Positions 20,233 through 29,455 of a stretch of 64,000 nt of DNA are shown here, one piece after another. Positions within the stretch are counted from its first letter, which is position 1. Every line of letters begins with the position of its first letter. The notes beneath the pieces are model-generated. The model did no database searches. It saw nothing but the letters and a program-made list of their open reading frames with translations, and had not been told where the DNA came from. Source of the DNA: a virus; IMG/VR virus record IMGVR_UViG_3300022555_000027, positions 1 to 64,000 of that record; one strand, 5' to 3'. The translations under genes were made by a program, and so were the position numbers.

Positions 20233-20865
20233 ATGAAACCAGTTTCAAGCGCGACGATCATTGGATTGGTTGGCGCCAGGGGCTGCGGCAAGACGATGAT
20301 CGCCAAAACCCTTGAAGCTCAGTGCGGTTGGAAGCGTATCCGCTTCGCGGACGGCATCAAACGGATGCTCGGGGCCTTGTGCCTCACGGCTGAACAGCTT
20401 GACGGTGGGGACAAAGAGATACCCGCCGACCAGCTTTGCGGGGCGACCCCCAGGTGGGCACTCCAAAGTCTCGGCACGGAGTGGGGCCGCAACCTCATTC
20501 ACCCTGACTTGTGGGTGATTGCGCTCTTTCGCTACGTCGAAAAGATGCAGTGGCAGCGTGCCTACAGCCGGGTTGTTATTGACGACGTGCGCTTCCCGAA
20601 CGAAGTGAACGCCATCCGAGAGCGTGGGGGCGAGATATGGGTGGTCCGCAGGCCCAGCGTTGAGCGGGTAGCTACATGGCTTGACAAGCTGGTTGGTCAG
20701 TACCCGGTGCTGTATCGGTATCTCCGCTTCGTGACGAACGTCCAGCACCCGTCAGAGGTTCACTGGCATGAGTTCGTTGCAGATAGAGTGGTCGATAACT
20801 CAGGAGACATTTACTATGTACTAGAGCAAGTGAAAGCCTTAAACATGGGGGTTCCCAATGACTGA
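20233..20865 (+). CDS. deoxynucleoside monophosphate kinase
   Basis: 'IIGLVGARGCGKT', 'FAD.IK', 'TPRWALQ.LGTEWGR', 'VVIDDVRFPNE'. Confidence 0.88.
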   Translation: MKPVSSATIIGLVGARGCGKTMIAKTLEAQCGWKRIRFADGIKRMLGALCLTAEQLDGGDKEIPADQLCGATPRWALQSLGTEWGRNLIHPDLWVIALFRYVEKMQWQRAYSRVVIDDVRFPNEVNAIRERGGEIWVVRRPSVERVATWLDKLVGQYPVLYRYLRFVTNVQHPSEVHWHEFVADRVVDNSGDIYYVLEQVKALNMGVPND

Positions 20866-21139
20866 CCAGCCCAGCGCAGTGGCGCCAGACCCGGCGGGTC
20901 CGCGCGCAGACCTTTCCCAAAGCCGCACACTCAAGGGCGCGGCTCTTGCAGCACTTTCAACTGTCTTGGATCAGATCGTTGACCCGGCCCTGGCCGCCGT
21001 CCAACAGATCGCTCAGACCACTCAGCCGCTCGACAGCGTGGCCCCGATGTTCCACCAGATGTTCGTCTGGTCGACGCTGGCGGGCATCGTCCTCGCCGTC
21101 TACGCGCGTTGGGACGACCATCGGCGGGGGCTTCGCTAA
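20858..21139 (+). CDS. small membrane protein, putative holin-like
   Basis: 93 aa; hydrophobic segment followed by basic C-terminus 'YARWDDHRRGLR'; directly before the endolysin. Confidence 0.55.
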   Translation: MTDQPSAVAPDPAGPRADLSQSRTLKGAALAALSTVLDQIVDPALAAVQQIAQTTQPLDSVAPMFHQMFVWSTLAGIVLAVYARWDDHRRGLR

Positions 21140-21184
21140 AGCCTGCACGGCGACTTCGCCAACGCAATGTGAGGGATAATAGAG

Positions 21185-21976
21185 ATGAGCGACGCATTCG
21201 AGGCCTTGGCCATTGGCCAGATCGTGATCGACGATGCCAAGCAGCGCGAGGGCTTTTACGCACGGGTCTACAACGACCGCTCCGATGGAAAGGGCACCCA
21301 GACCATCGGCTATGGAACGGTTGACCCGGAATATGCCAAACCGGGCGTCGTCTTGACCGAACCCGAGGCCACGGTGTTGCTGGTTAAGGAATTGACCCGC
21401 AAGGCCGACGACATCAAGGAGTGGTTTCGCAAGTGCGGGCACCCCTGTCCATCCCAGGCGCTGTGGGATGTGATGCTGGATTTTTCGTACAACTGCGGAG
21501 AAGGCGCCCTCGAAACATCGACGTGGTTGAAGCTCCATCATGAGGGAAAGTGCTTCGGGGCGGCCTCGGCCGACGTTGGCACGCTCATGAAGATAGGGGA
21601 GGGGACCTTCCTGCCGACCAATGCCGCTGATGCAATCTGCATGTACTCGAAGCAAAACCACGAGTTCGTGCTGGGGCTGCTGCATCGACGCATGATGAAC
21701 CGCAGCGACTATCTGATGGCTGTCAACGGTCCCTACAGCTACATCGTTGAGCCTGCTGGTGTCGAAATGCCCAAGCCACGCGTGGCCCAGGCTATCCCGG
21801 CCCCGGCACACCCCGCAGTCGCCGTAGGCGGCCCTGTGGGCGTGGCCCTCGTAACGAGTGCTGTGGTAGCAGCCAACGTTCCAAACGCAACGTGGGTGTT
21901 TCCTGTGGCCGTTGCGGTCCTCGGCGTTGTCGCGGTTGTCGCCGTGATCATCGTCATCAAGAACCGGAGTAAGTAA
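21185..21976 (+). CDS. GH24 lysozyme endolysin with C-terminal membrane anchor
   Basis: 'REG.....Y.D......TIGYG', 'DF.YNCG', 'GL..RR'; hydrophobic C-terminus. Confidence 0.85.
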   Translation: MSDAFEALAIGQIVIDDAKQREGFYARVYNDRSDGKGTQTIGYGTVDPEYAKPGVVLTEPEATVLLVKELTRKADDIKEWFRKCGHPCPSQALWDVMLDFSYNCGEGALETSTWLKLHHEGKCFGAASADVGTLMKIGEGTFLPTNAADAICMYSKQNHEFVLGLLHRRMMNRSDYLMAVNGPYSYIVEPAGVEMPKPRVAQAIPAPAHPAVAVGGPVGVALVTSAVVAANVPNATWVFPVAVAVLGVVAVVAVIIVIKNRSK

Positions 21977-22239
21977 TGGGCGTTATCATTTCCGCTGTCA
22001 CGGGGTGGTTCACCTCGTCTTCGTGGGCGATCTATGCAGCCATTGGCGCGGTGATCGTCGCAATCGTCGGGCTGTTGCTCTTCCGCCTGACCTCACAAGC
22101 AGAAGCCCTCGGTGAAACCGTGGTTCGGCTGGATGTCCTCAAGGAGAACGCACGGGCGATCAAAGCTCGGGACGTAGCTGGAGCCCTTCCCTCTGACCCG
22201 GCTTCCACCGTTAAGCGGTTGAGGGACGGGTCATTCTGA
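21976..22239 (+). CDS. putative i-spanin (Rz-like)
   Basis: N-terminal TM plus helical region, ends 'RLRDGSF'; follows the endolysin. Confidence 0.65.
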   Translation: MGVIISAVTGWFTSSSWAIYAAIGAVIVAIVGLLLFRLTSQAEALGETVVRLDVLKENARAIKARDVAGALPSDPASTVKRLRDGSF

Positions 22240-22253
22240 TGGAGGATTAGGTT

Positions 22254-22520
22254 ATGAAGATCAAAAAGGGAAAGCTCTGGGCTCACCTCGCAACGATCCT
22301 CCTGGCGGTCGTAAGCCTGTCTTTAGGTGCCTGTGGAACTGATCATATTAGCACGGCATCGGTGTGCCCGGTTCCGAAGGAATACTCGCAGCCCTTCATG
22401 ATCCAGGCGGCCAACGAACGCGAAAAGCTGCCCCCGGAGAGCGCGGTCGGGGCACTGGTGGATGACTACGGGGCTGAACGGAATGAGCTTCGAGCGATCC
22501 AAAAAACCGAAACCCCTTGA
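22254..22520 (+). CDS. putative o-spanin lipoprotein (Rz1-like)
   Basis: Signal peptide with lipobox LGAC; 'CP...YS', 'DY...R..LRA'. Confidence 0.7.
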   Translation: MKIKKGKLWAHLATILLAVVSLSLGACGTDHISTASVCPVPKEYSQPFMIQAANEREKLPPESAVGALVDDYGAERNELRAIQKTETP

Positions 22521-22584
22521 CAACGCCCAGCAGGGTACCTAAATATGAACCTGCAATCGAACAGTGAACTGGAATTTTCCAAAG

Positions 22585-22614
22585 CGGCCCGTCCTCGTGA
22601 CGGGCCGTACCTTT
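22585..22614 (+). terminator. hairpin / probable terminator after the lysis cassette
   Basis: CGGCCCGTC-CTCGT-GACGGGCCG followed by a weak T tract. Confidence 0.5.
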
Positions 22615-22638
22615 GTGAAACCGGTTTCAAAAAATCTG

Positions 22639-22667
22639 CTTGCCACACTGACTGGAAGCGCGCATAT
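22639..22667 (+). promoter_or_regulatory. alphaproteobacterial sigma70-like promoter
   Basis: CTTGCC-N17-GCATAT upstream of the AAA gene; similar CTTGAC-N17-CTAAAT at ~22517, CTGGAC-N17-CCATAT at ~32032, CTGGAC-N17-CTATAT at ~42727. Confidence 0.5.
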
Positions 22668-22700
22668 AAGGTGTAGCTTCCGATTGCGAGGAAAACCTCA

Positions 22701-24353
22701 ATGGCCACTTTCAATTCCGCGACCCGAGCAGGGCGTATCGCCGAGGGAAACTCGGCAAAGTTTCAGCACCAGTTCAACGTCCTGAACCAAGCTGGCGTCG
22801 GTGTGGTTATGGTCCGTACTCGGGAGCCCAGCCGGGCGCTGCGGGCGCTACGTATATTTGCGCTGTCAAACCGGTTGGAGTTCAAGGCTTGGAACTGCCT
22901 GGACGGTTGGGAGAAGGCGATTGATGGGACCTCTGATGAAGCGGCTGACCATAACTCAGACCCAATGCCGGCGCTGATGTACGTCGGTGCTGAAGGAAGC
23001 GGAAACGGCCTCTTCGTGATGTCGTACCTGCATTATTACATCCCGAAAATCCCGCCCATGGTGGTTGCGCTGAAGCAGTTCTCCGAACGCTTCGCGACCA
23101 ATCGGAAGCGCCTTGCCCTGATCGTTCCCCTGGGCTTCAGCCTGCCCCCCGAACTTGAGGATGATGTTCTTATCCTTGACTTCGACACACCGAGCGCGGG
23201 TGAGTTGTCCGAAAGTATTTCCTCTGTCACAGATACGATCAGCGAGAAGAACCGGCCCCGCTTTGCCCCAAGCGACCGCGACCGTCTGATAGCGGTGATG
23301 TCAGGTATGACAGCTTTCGAGGCCGAGACTGCTTTGTCCCGCGCATTGATTGAAAATAAGAAGCTGCTCCCCGACGTGCCAATAGAACAGATCAGCGAAA
23401 TTGTGACGCAAGTCAAAGTCGAGGTTGTTAAGCGGACTGAAATACTTGAGGTTATGACACCAGAGCCTGCAAGTAATATCGGTGGACTGGAAAACCTCAA
23501 GGAATGGCTTACGATGCGGGCCAAGTGCTTTTCACCGGAGGCTAGGGCTGCTCACATTGACCCGCCCAAGGGCATGTTGATGGCCGGGCCGCCGGGGACA
23601 GGCAAATCACTTGTTGCCAAAGCGACCGCCCATATATTGGGGCTTCCCCTGATCCGGTTCGACGTGGGGCGCGTGTTCGGGAGCCTCGTTGGGCAGAGCG
23701 AAGAGCGCGTCCGTGGCGCACTCAAGATGGTTGACGGGATGTCCCCGTGCGTTTTGATGATCGACGAAGCCGATAAGGCGTTTCAGGTGAGCGGGGGAGG
23801 GGATAGCGGCGTCGGCCAGCGTGTTCTTGGTGCCATCCTCACATGGATGCAAGAAACCAAGTCGGTCGTTTTCGTTGTCGTGACGGCCAACCGGGTGGAC
23901 AATCTGCCCGCCGAGTTCCTTCGTCGGGGGCGCTTGGACGAAGTCTGGAGCGTGGGTGTGCCCAACGACGCCGAGCGCCTTGCCGTGTTGAAAATCCACT
24001 TGCGGAAGCGCGGTGTGGACCCGGCGGCTATCACCGACCTCGACCAAGCTGTTGCCCGGTCCAATGGGTACGTGCCCGCCGAGTTGGAGGGCGCTGTGAA
24101 GGATGCCAAGATCGTTGCCTTCACGACGGACGTTGTTATGACTGGAGCCTTGATCGCTGATCAGCTTGCGAACATGGTGCCGCTATCCGAGGCGTTTGCT
24201 GAACAGTTTGAGGCGATGGCCCTCTGGGCTCGCAATAATGCACGGCCAGCGAACAGCACCACTGGCGTAGGGGACAGTCAAGTTAGGTTGCGGAACCGGC
24301 GGGCACCCCCTGTTGAAAGGACAGCACCAACAGGTCGAGTGGTCGATCTCTGA
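22701..24353 (+). CDS. Ycf46-like AAA+ ATPase
   Basis: 'IGGLENLKEWL', Walker A GPPGTGKS, 'SLVGQSE', Walker B 'LMIDEADK', 'TAN....LPAEFLRRGRLDE'; degenerate N-terminal AAA domain. Confidence 0.9.
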   Translation: MATFNSATRAGRIAEGNSAKFQHQFNVLNQAGVGVVMVRTREPSRALRALRIFALSNRLEFKAWNCLDGWEKAIDGTSDEAADHNSDPMPALMYVGAEGSGNGLFVMSYLHYYIPKIPPMVVALKQFSERFATNRKRLALIVPLGFSLPPELEDDVLILDFDTPSAGELSESISSVTDTISEKNRPRFAPSDRDRLIAVMSGMTAFEAETALSRALIENKKLLPDVPIEQISEIVTQVKVEVVKRTEILEVMTPEPASNIGGLENLKEWLTMRAKCFSPEARAAHIDPPKGMLMAGPPGTGKSLVAKATAHILGLPLIRFDVGRVFGSLVGQSEERVRGALKMVDGMSPCVLMIDEADKAFQVSGGGDSGVGQRVLGAILTWMQETKSVVFVVVTANRVDNLPAEFLRRGRLDEVWSVGVPNDAERLAVLKIHLRKRGVDPAAITDLDQAVARSNGYVPAELEGAVKDAKIVAFTTDVVMTGALIADQLANMVPLSEAFAEQFEAMALWARNNARPANSTTGVGDSQVRLRNRRAPPVERTAPTGRVVDL

Positions 24354-24416
24354 AATAAGGACTGGCGTGGGGGCTAACCCCCCGCTATATTCTAAGCCTC
24401 AACGCGGAGCACCAAC

Positions 24417-25067
24417 ATGGCAAACATGCTCATTTCAACAATGTCGGGAGAGGAAAGCAACAACCTTGGTATGGTAAAGTTCCACCAGTTTGTTGTACCT
24501 TCCAGAGACTTTCCGATTGCCAAAGAGCACTTCATTTGGCAGATAGCTCGCGGTGTTGATCCCAAGTTGACCATCGACGTTGCCGGTCGTGTCCAGATCA
24601 TACCTGCCGCGCCCAACACTGAGAACCAGAGCCTGCACGGTCAGTGGACCACGAGTGCTTATGCTGTCCCGCAGGGTCTTATCCTCAAGTTGTTCTGTCA
24701 GAAAAAGGTGGCGGCCGAAAAGGCCCCGGTGAACTCGTGCGTCTACATTCGGATGCGTGAGGGGGCACCGTTGGTTCGGGTTTCCGCTATCCTTACCGGA
24801 TGGGCCAAGTGCGCGTACATCCGAGCGAACGTCGAGGGGCGGTTTGACATCCTTGACGGACGGGGCCTGAAGATGGCCGGCGTCGAGATCACTCCGCTGG
24901 TGTTCCGCAACATCGATCCTGCGATAGTCGGGCGTTGCTTCGAGATCACCGTGATGGACAGGGCAAGCTCCGGTCGGGAAGTTCACGAAGTCCAAGCTGC
25001 CGTCACTGAGGACGGCAAGGTAACAGCGGTCGCAGTTGCTCGCCCTGGTCGGGTACTCGATATATAA
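24417..25067 (+). CDS. hypothetical protein of the AAA module
   Basis: RBS GGAG; co-oriented and tightly packed. Confidence 0.7.
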   Translation: MANMLISTMSGEESNNLGMVKFHQFVVPSRDFPIAKEHFIWQIARGVDPKLTIDVAGRVQIIPAAPNTENQSLHGQWTTSAYAVPQGLILKLFCQKKVAAEKAPVNSCVYIRMREGAPLVRVSAILTGWAKCAYIRANVEGRFDILDGRGLKMAGVEITPLVFRNIDPAIVGRCFEITVMDRASSGREVHEVQAAVTEDGKVTAVAVARPGRVLDI

Positions 25068-25076
25068 GGAGTTGAA

Positions 25077-25529
25077 ATGAGCCACACCACAAAGTTGCAG
25101 GGCATAGAGATCGTGGACGAAGCGGCCCTGGTGCAAGCCATCAACGACCTCAAGGCCAAGGGGCTGGCGGTTGAGGTTGTCCGCAACGCCGTTCCCCGGA
25201 TGTACTATGCCGACCAGCACGGCAAGTGCCCCATCGTCATGAGGATCAAGGATGGGAAGTATGACGTGGGCTTCGACCGTGTTGACGGCAAGCTCGTTCC
25301 GGTGTTCGATGAATGGCAAGGCTACGTTGCCGCGTTCGTCGGTGAACCCGTCGCCCTCGATGAAAAGATCACCAAGGAAGAGCGGGCACAGCGGGCAATT
25401 GGGAAGTTGTTGAAACGGTACGCGCGCAACGCTATGTATAGTGCTGCAACGCAACAAGGCTACCTCGTCGAGAGCGAGCATGAAGATGCTCAGGGAAACA
25501 TCCATCTTCGCATTAACGTGGGGGGCTAG
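25077..25529 (+). CDS. DUF1257-like protein
   Basis: 'MSH.T......I.D...L..A..DL', 'YDVGF', 'Y......A...GY..E.....G.I.L'. Confidence 0.75.
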   Translation: MSHTTKLQGIEIVDEAALVQAINDLKAKGLAVEVVRNAVPRMYYADQHGKCPIVMRIKDGKYDVGFDRVDGKLVPVFDEWQGYVAAFVGEPVALDEKITKEERAQRAIGKLLKRYARNAMYSAATQQGYLVESEHEDAQGNIHLRINVGG

Positions 25530-25531
25530 TC

Positions 25532-25726
25532 ATGGCGATCATGAAGGTGACGATCAGCAAGACCGGACAGGTCGTGATCGAAGGGCAGGGGTTCAGCGGG
25601 TCATCCTGTGTGGAGGCCAGCAAGAAACTGGAAGCGTCCATTGGCGGGACCGCCAAGCGCACGCTAAAGTCCGACTTCTACGAGACCGAAGAGACCACCC
25701 AGCAGCACCAGACGCTACGCTGGTAA
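25532..25726 (+). CDS. DUF2997-like protein
   Basis: 'I.K.G.V.IE..GF.G.SC......LE...G......K..FY'. Confidence 0.8.
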   Translation: MAIMKVTISKTGQVVIEGQGFSGSSCVEASKKLEASIGGTAKRTLKSDFYETEETTQQHQTLRW

Positions 25727-25738
25727 CAGGAGGCTACG

Positions 25739-26077
25739 ATGATCCAAGTGCTTACAATCGGCAGCGCCGGGGAGGTATCTGGACTTCGGATGCCCTGCGG
25801 CATGGGGATTGATCTGCGGTCCTTCGGCCGCATCCAGGTCAACCGTGTGAGCGACATCATGTTCGATGCAGCCGTGCAACTCTATTACGTCAAGTTCGTC
25901 GCCGGCCCGCTCAAGGGTGAGACCCTTGGGACGCTGATCTGGCACAACGCCTTCGGCCAGGACATCCCCGATGGGCTTACCTGTATTGGAGGCAACCTCT
26001 ATTTCGACAGCTATGAGGATGCGGTCGATGCTGAGGTAGAAGTCCTGATCCATCTTCGGATGCAGGGGGTGTTCTGA
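25739..26077 (+). CDS. hypothetical protein of the AAA module
   Basis: RBS AGGAGG; 'R.S.I.FD', 'F.SY..AV.AEV..L'. Confidence 0.7.
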   Translation: MIQVLTIGSAGEVSGLRMPCGMGIDLRSFGRIQVNRVSDIMFDAAVQLYYVKFVAGPLKGETLGTLIWHNAFGQDIPDGLTCIGGNLYFDSYEDAVDAEVEVLIHLRMQGVF

Positions 26078-26301
26078 AACCGGTTTCATCCGCTGGCTAC
26101 TACCAGTTGATTCTGACACACTATAGGTAGAAACCACCACAAGCCACTGACAAACCTTGCAATCCACTCTATGTGGCACCACGTAATCCTGGCCTGTCGA
26201 TCTAGGGACTTTTCTAGGTGAACAGGTCAGGAAGATCGGAGGGAAATGGGCCTTGACATTCGGCGCCCACCCGATCAATGCTTTGGGCAAGGCGAAAAGC
26301 C

Positions 26302-27621
26302 ATGACGAGTTCGATTGCAATGCAACAGAAAACCGCCAGCGGGGCATCAAAGCCCTTGCCATGTACGGACGACGGCCCTCAAACCGAGGCTCGGTCGTCT
26401 CCGCTATATGATGGATCACGAGCCAAGTACGGGCCGATTGCTAGGCATCTTAAAGACCTCCGTAACAAGGTCGATCTATCGCGTTTGATTACTAGCGGCA
26501 AAGCCATGGTTGCCCTTTCGACTGAGGGGCGCCTTACCGGTGATCATATCAAAATCCTTCAGGTCCTCGACCGCATGACCACACAGTGGGGCCGCGAGTA
26601 CGTCGAGATCACCCGTGAAGAGTTCATGAATGGCTTCGTGCCCCTGGGAAAGGGCATTGAAAGCAAAACCCTCACCTTCGGGAAGTCCCTTCGGACTTTC
26701 GTAAGACGCATTAGTGAACTCGAAGAGATGGGGTTGATCATTACCTCCCATCCGCCGGGTTGCATGAAGCGTTACAGCGTGAATTACGCTGCGATGGGGG
26801 GTGATACCATGGGCTGCAAGGAACCTAAGCCACCGAAGAGCCGATCAGAGGCGCGGATTGACCCGTTCCAGGAACCGCCGAGGGAGCGTGCAAGCAGGGC
26901 AGCAGCCCAGGCCAAGGCAAAGGAAGCGCGCAAGGAAGAGGAAGCGGCTGCTCCTGCTGCTCCCGCTTACCAGAAGGAAGAGGCCACCATCCCACCCGAC
27001 GTGAAGTGCTTTGTGAACAAGCTGGCAGAGACTTGGCAGCGGGCCTTCGATGAGACCTACGGCAAGCTCGGGGAAACCAGCCTGCCTTGGACCGACCCTA
27101 TCCGGCGCAAGTATGGCATCACCTTGTCAGAATTTTCGGATGAAGGCAAAAATGAGTTCGCCGAGGCAATGGAGTGGTCAGTCCGTGAATGGGTAGCCAT
27201 CCGTGCAAAGGCATGGGCACACAAGGGCGAGACGAAGTGCCCACTTCTACCATCGGAAAGTTGGTTCCATCGTTTCAGTGACGGCTATATACGCAACTAT
27301 CGCGATGGTTTGCTGATTAACGATTTGCCACGAGAGCTTAGGACGAGGTATAACGACTTGAAGCTGGCCGGGAAGAGTGAACTTGAGATCAATATCCTCA
27401 TGGCTGAAGAGGCCGCTTCCAAGGAGCGTGGCACCTTAAACGCTGAGACCATCCAAGTCGTGAGGGAAGAGCGGTTTCTTGCCGAAGCGGCACGCCAAGA
27501 CACGGCACGAATGCTTCATCAATCGGCAGGCACTCGACGCCCTAATAAACCACCGAAGGGGCCACTGGTCATGACGGATGTCAAAGTTGACTTTTCTATA
27601 AAACCCGGAGAGGTACGATGA
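26302..27621 (+). CDS. putative replication initiator-like protein (winged helix)
   Basis: wHTH-like 'SLRTFVRRISELEEMGLI'; sits upstream of loader-like and DnaB genes; start codon uncertain. Confidence 0.5.
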   Translation: MTSSIAMQQKTASGASKPLPCTDDGPQTEARSSPLYDGSRAKYGPIARHLKDLRNKVDLSRLITSGKAMVALSTEGRLTGDHIKILQVLDRMTTQWGREYVEITREEFMNGFVPLGKGIESKTLTFGKSLRTFVRRISELEEMGLIITSHPPGCMKRYSVNYAAMGGDTMGCKEPKPPKSRSEARIDPFQEPPRERASRAAAQAKAKEARKEEEAAAPAAPAYQKEEATIPPDVKCFVNKLAETWQRAFDETYGKLGETSLPWTDPIRRKYGITLSEFSDEGKNEFAEAMEWSVREWVAIRAKAWAHKGETKCPLLPSESWFHRFSDGYIRNYRDGLLINDLPRELRTRYNDLKLAGKSELEINILMAEEAASKERGTLNAETIQVVREERFLAEAARQDTARMLHQSAGTRRPNKPPKGPLVMTDVKVDFSIKPGEVR

Positions 27622-28157
27622 CCATATCGGAAAGTCACCAGCGTTCTCTGATGCGAGCGGGCATCGGGCAACGCTATATCAGGAAAGAGTTTGCCGACCT
27701 GAAAGATGGGGATAGATATAGCCAGGAAACCGACGTATTGGATGCCACACAGATAAAGAATGGTAAGGGCATCCTCTTCGTTGGAGGCCCTAGCGTCACA
27801 GCAGATACTGTATTCTATCTAGCGGCAAAGCGTATGCACTTGTCTGGTATTGGCTGTCGTGTTACAACTTTACCAACTCTTGTTAGAGCGGTAAGCAAAG
27901 ACGCTGAAGTTCTGCATGAGTGGATGGACACATCTGCGTTATACATCGACGGTTTCTATGTGAAACGACTAGATAACACTTGCCCATTCCGTCCTTACGA
28001 AATGGTCTACGTGGAGGACTTCCTAAAAGATCGGATCAGTAAGGACCGTCCGATCTTTCTAAAATCAAGTGTCCAGGTTTCAGCTATCACTGGCTGGTGG
28101 TCAGACGACTTCGTGCAACTGGTTTCAGACGTAACCCTTACCGTGCGGGTGGACTGA
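27618..28157 (+). CDS. DnaC/IstB-like helicase loader (degenerate)
   Basis: 'AGI..RY....F', 'GKGILFVG', 'LYIDG', 'R.....P..L.S'; Walker A lacks GK[ST]. Confidence 0.55.
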   Translation: MTISESHQRSLMRAGIGQRYIRKEFADLKDGDRYSQETDVLDATQIKNGKGILFVGGPSVTADTVFYLAAKRMHLSGIGCRVTTLPTLVRAVSKDAEVLHEWMDTSALYIDGFYVKRLDNTCPFRPYEMVYVEDFLKDRISKDRPIFLKSSVQVSAITGWWSDDFVQLVSDVTLTVRVD

Positions 28158-29455
28158 TGTCTCAAGGATTGGCTGCGCTTCACGCTATCTGTCGCGACGG
28201 AAACCGAGCGCAGTTTCGGCGTCTTCGCCCTGAGCTTTTCATGGAAGAGGAGCTACTTCCGTACAACCGGGTGCTCGCCTTCCTCGCTCAATACGGGCAT
28301 CTTCCGTCGCTGGATACCTTGCGGGCGGAAGGCATCCGTCTGTTCCCGACCGCCGAGCCTGTTCCGGTTGTCGTTGACCGCCTTGTCCAGCGGGCTTGCT
28401 ACGCCTTGGTGCGCTCCCATTGGGGGGCAATGCAAACAGCGATGTCCAATAATGATCAGGATGCTGTGACACGCATCGTTGCAGAAGTGAACCAGCAACT
28501 CCAGGTCGGACGAGTGCTCGATCAGGTTGTGGATTTACACGAAGCGTTTGCTCTTGTGTTGGAAGAGGCTGACCAAGCCCGTGAGAACGACGGCTTGACG
28601 GGGGCCACCCTTGGGTGGCCGGTGCTCGACCAAGTGACCCACGGTGCAGCCCCGGGCGATCTGATAACGATTGTGGCCCGCCCACAGATTGGGAAGTCCT
28701 GGACGATGTTGAAGATGGCATTGTCCTGCTGGGAAGCTGGGCACAGCGTCTTTTTCGTTTCGATGGAGATGACCAACGTCCAAACCGCCCGGCGCGGCCT
28801 TGCCATGATGGCAAATATCAGCCCGAATGCCCTTGCTACCGGCGGACTTGACGCACGCTCAATTGAAAGCGCAGCCCGTACCATCGACATTGCCCGTAAT
28901 AGCCCAGTACCCTTCCGGCTGTTGGCCGGTGACATCAAAAAGAGCGTTGATGACATCGACGCTCTGACCGCCGAGTTTGAGCCCGGCATCGTGTTCATCG
29001 ACGCCAGCTACCTGTTGCGCCCCCCGGTGCGCGGTAATGGTGGTGGTAAGCGGTGGGAAGCCGCGAGTGAGGTTGCCGAAGAGATCAAATCGATGGCAAT
29101 CAAGCGTAACGTGCCGGTGGTACAGTCGGTACAGTTCAATCGGTCGGCGAGCAAGGATGAGCGCGGTGGCGGACTAGAATACATCGGTCAAACCGACGCC
29201 ATCGGTCAGTTGTCCTCAGTTGTCATTGGTGTGGCCGAGGGCCGCGAGCCTAATGAAGAAAACGAACGGGTATACACGATTTACAAAAATCGTAACGGAC
29301 CTTGCGGAAAGTTCGCGGTTTCTTTCGAGTTTACTCCGTCCCCGACATTGGCGTATAAACCAATCTCTCAGGGTGGTATCTCTGTTGAGAATGGTGGTAT
29401 TGATCTCCCCGACGTGACGTGGGGAATGCCAGGGGAAGAGCACAATGGTTTTTGA
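28157..29455 (+). CDS. dnaB: DnaB-like replicative helicase
   Basis: 'ARPQIGKS', 'SMEM', 'VFID..YL', 'QFNR', 'KNRNG'. Confidence 0.92.
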   Translation: MSQGLAALHAICRDGNRAQFRRLRPELFMEEELLPYNRVLAFLAQYGHLPSLDTLRAEGIRLFPTAEPVPVVVDRLVQRACYALVRSHWGAMQTAMSNNDQDAVTRIVAEVNQQLQVGRVLDQVVDLHEAFALVLEEADQARENDGLTGATLGWPVLDQVTHGAAPGDLITIVARPQIGKSWTMLKMALSCWEAGHSVFFVSMEMTNVQTARRGLAMMANISPNALATGGLDARSIESAARTIDIARNSPVPFRLLAGDIKKSVDDIDALTAEFEPGIVFIDASYLLRPPVRGNGGGKRWEAASEVAEEIKSMAIKRNVPVVQSVQFNRSASKDERGGGLEYIGQTDAIGQLSSVVIGVAEGREPNEENERVYTIYKNRNGPCGKFAVSFEFTPSPTLAYKPISQGGISVENGGIDLPDVTWGMPGEEHNGF

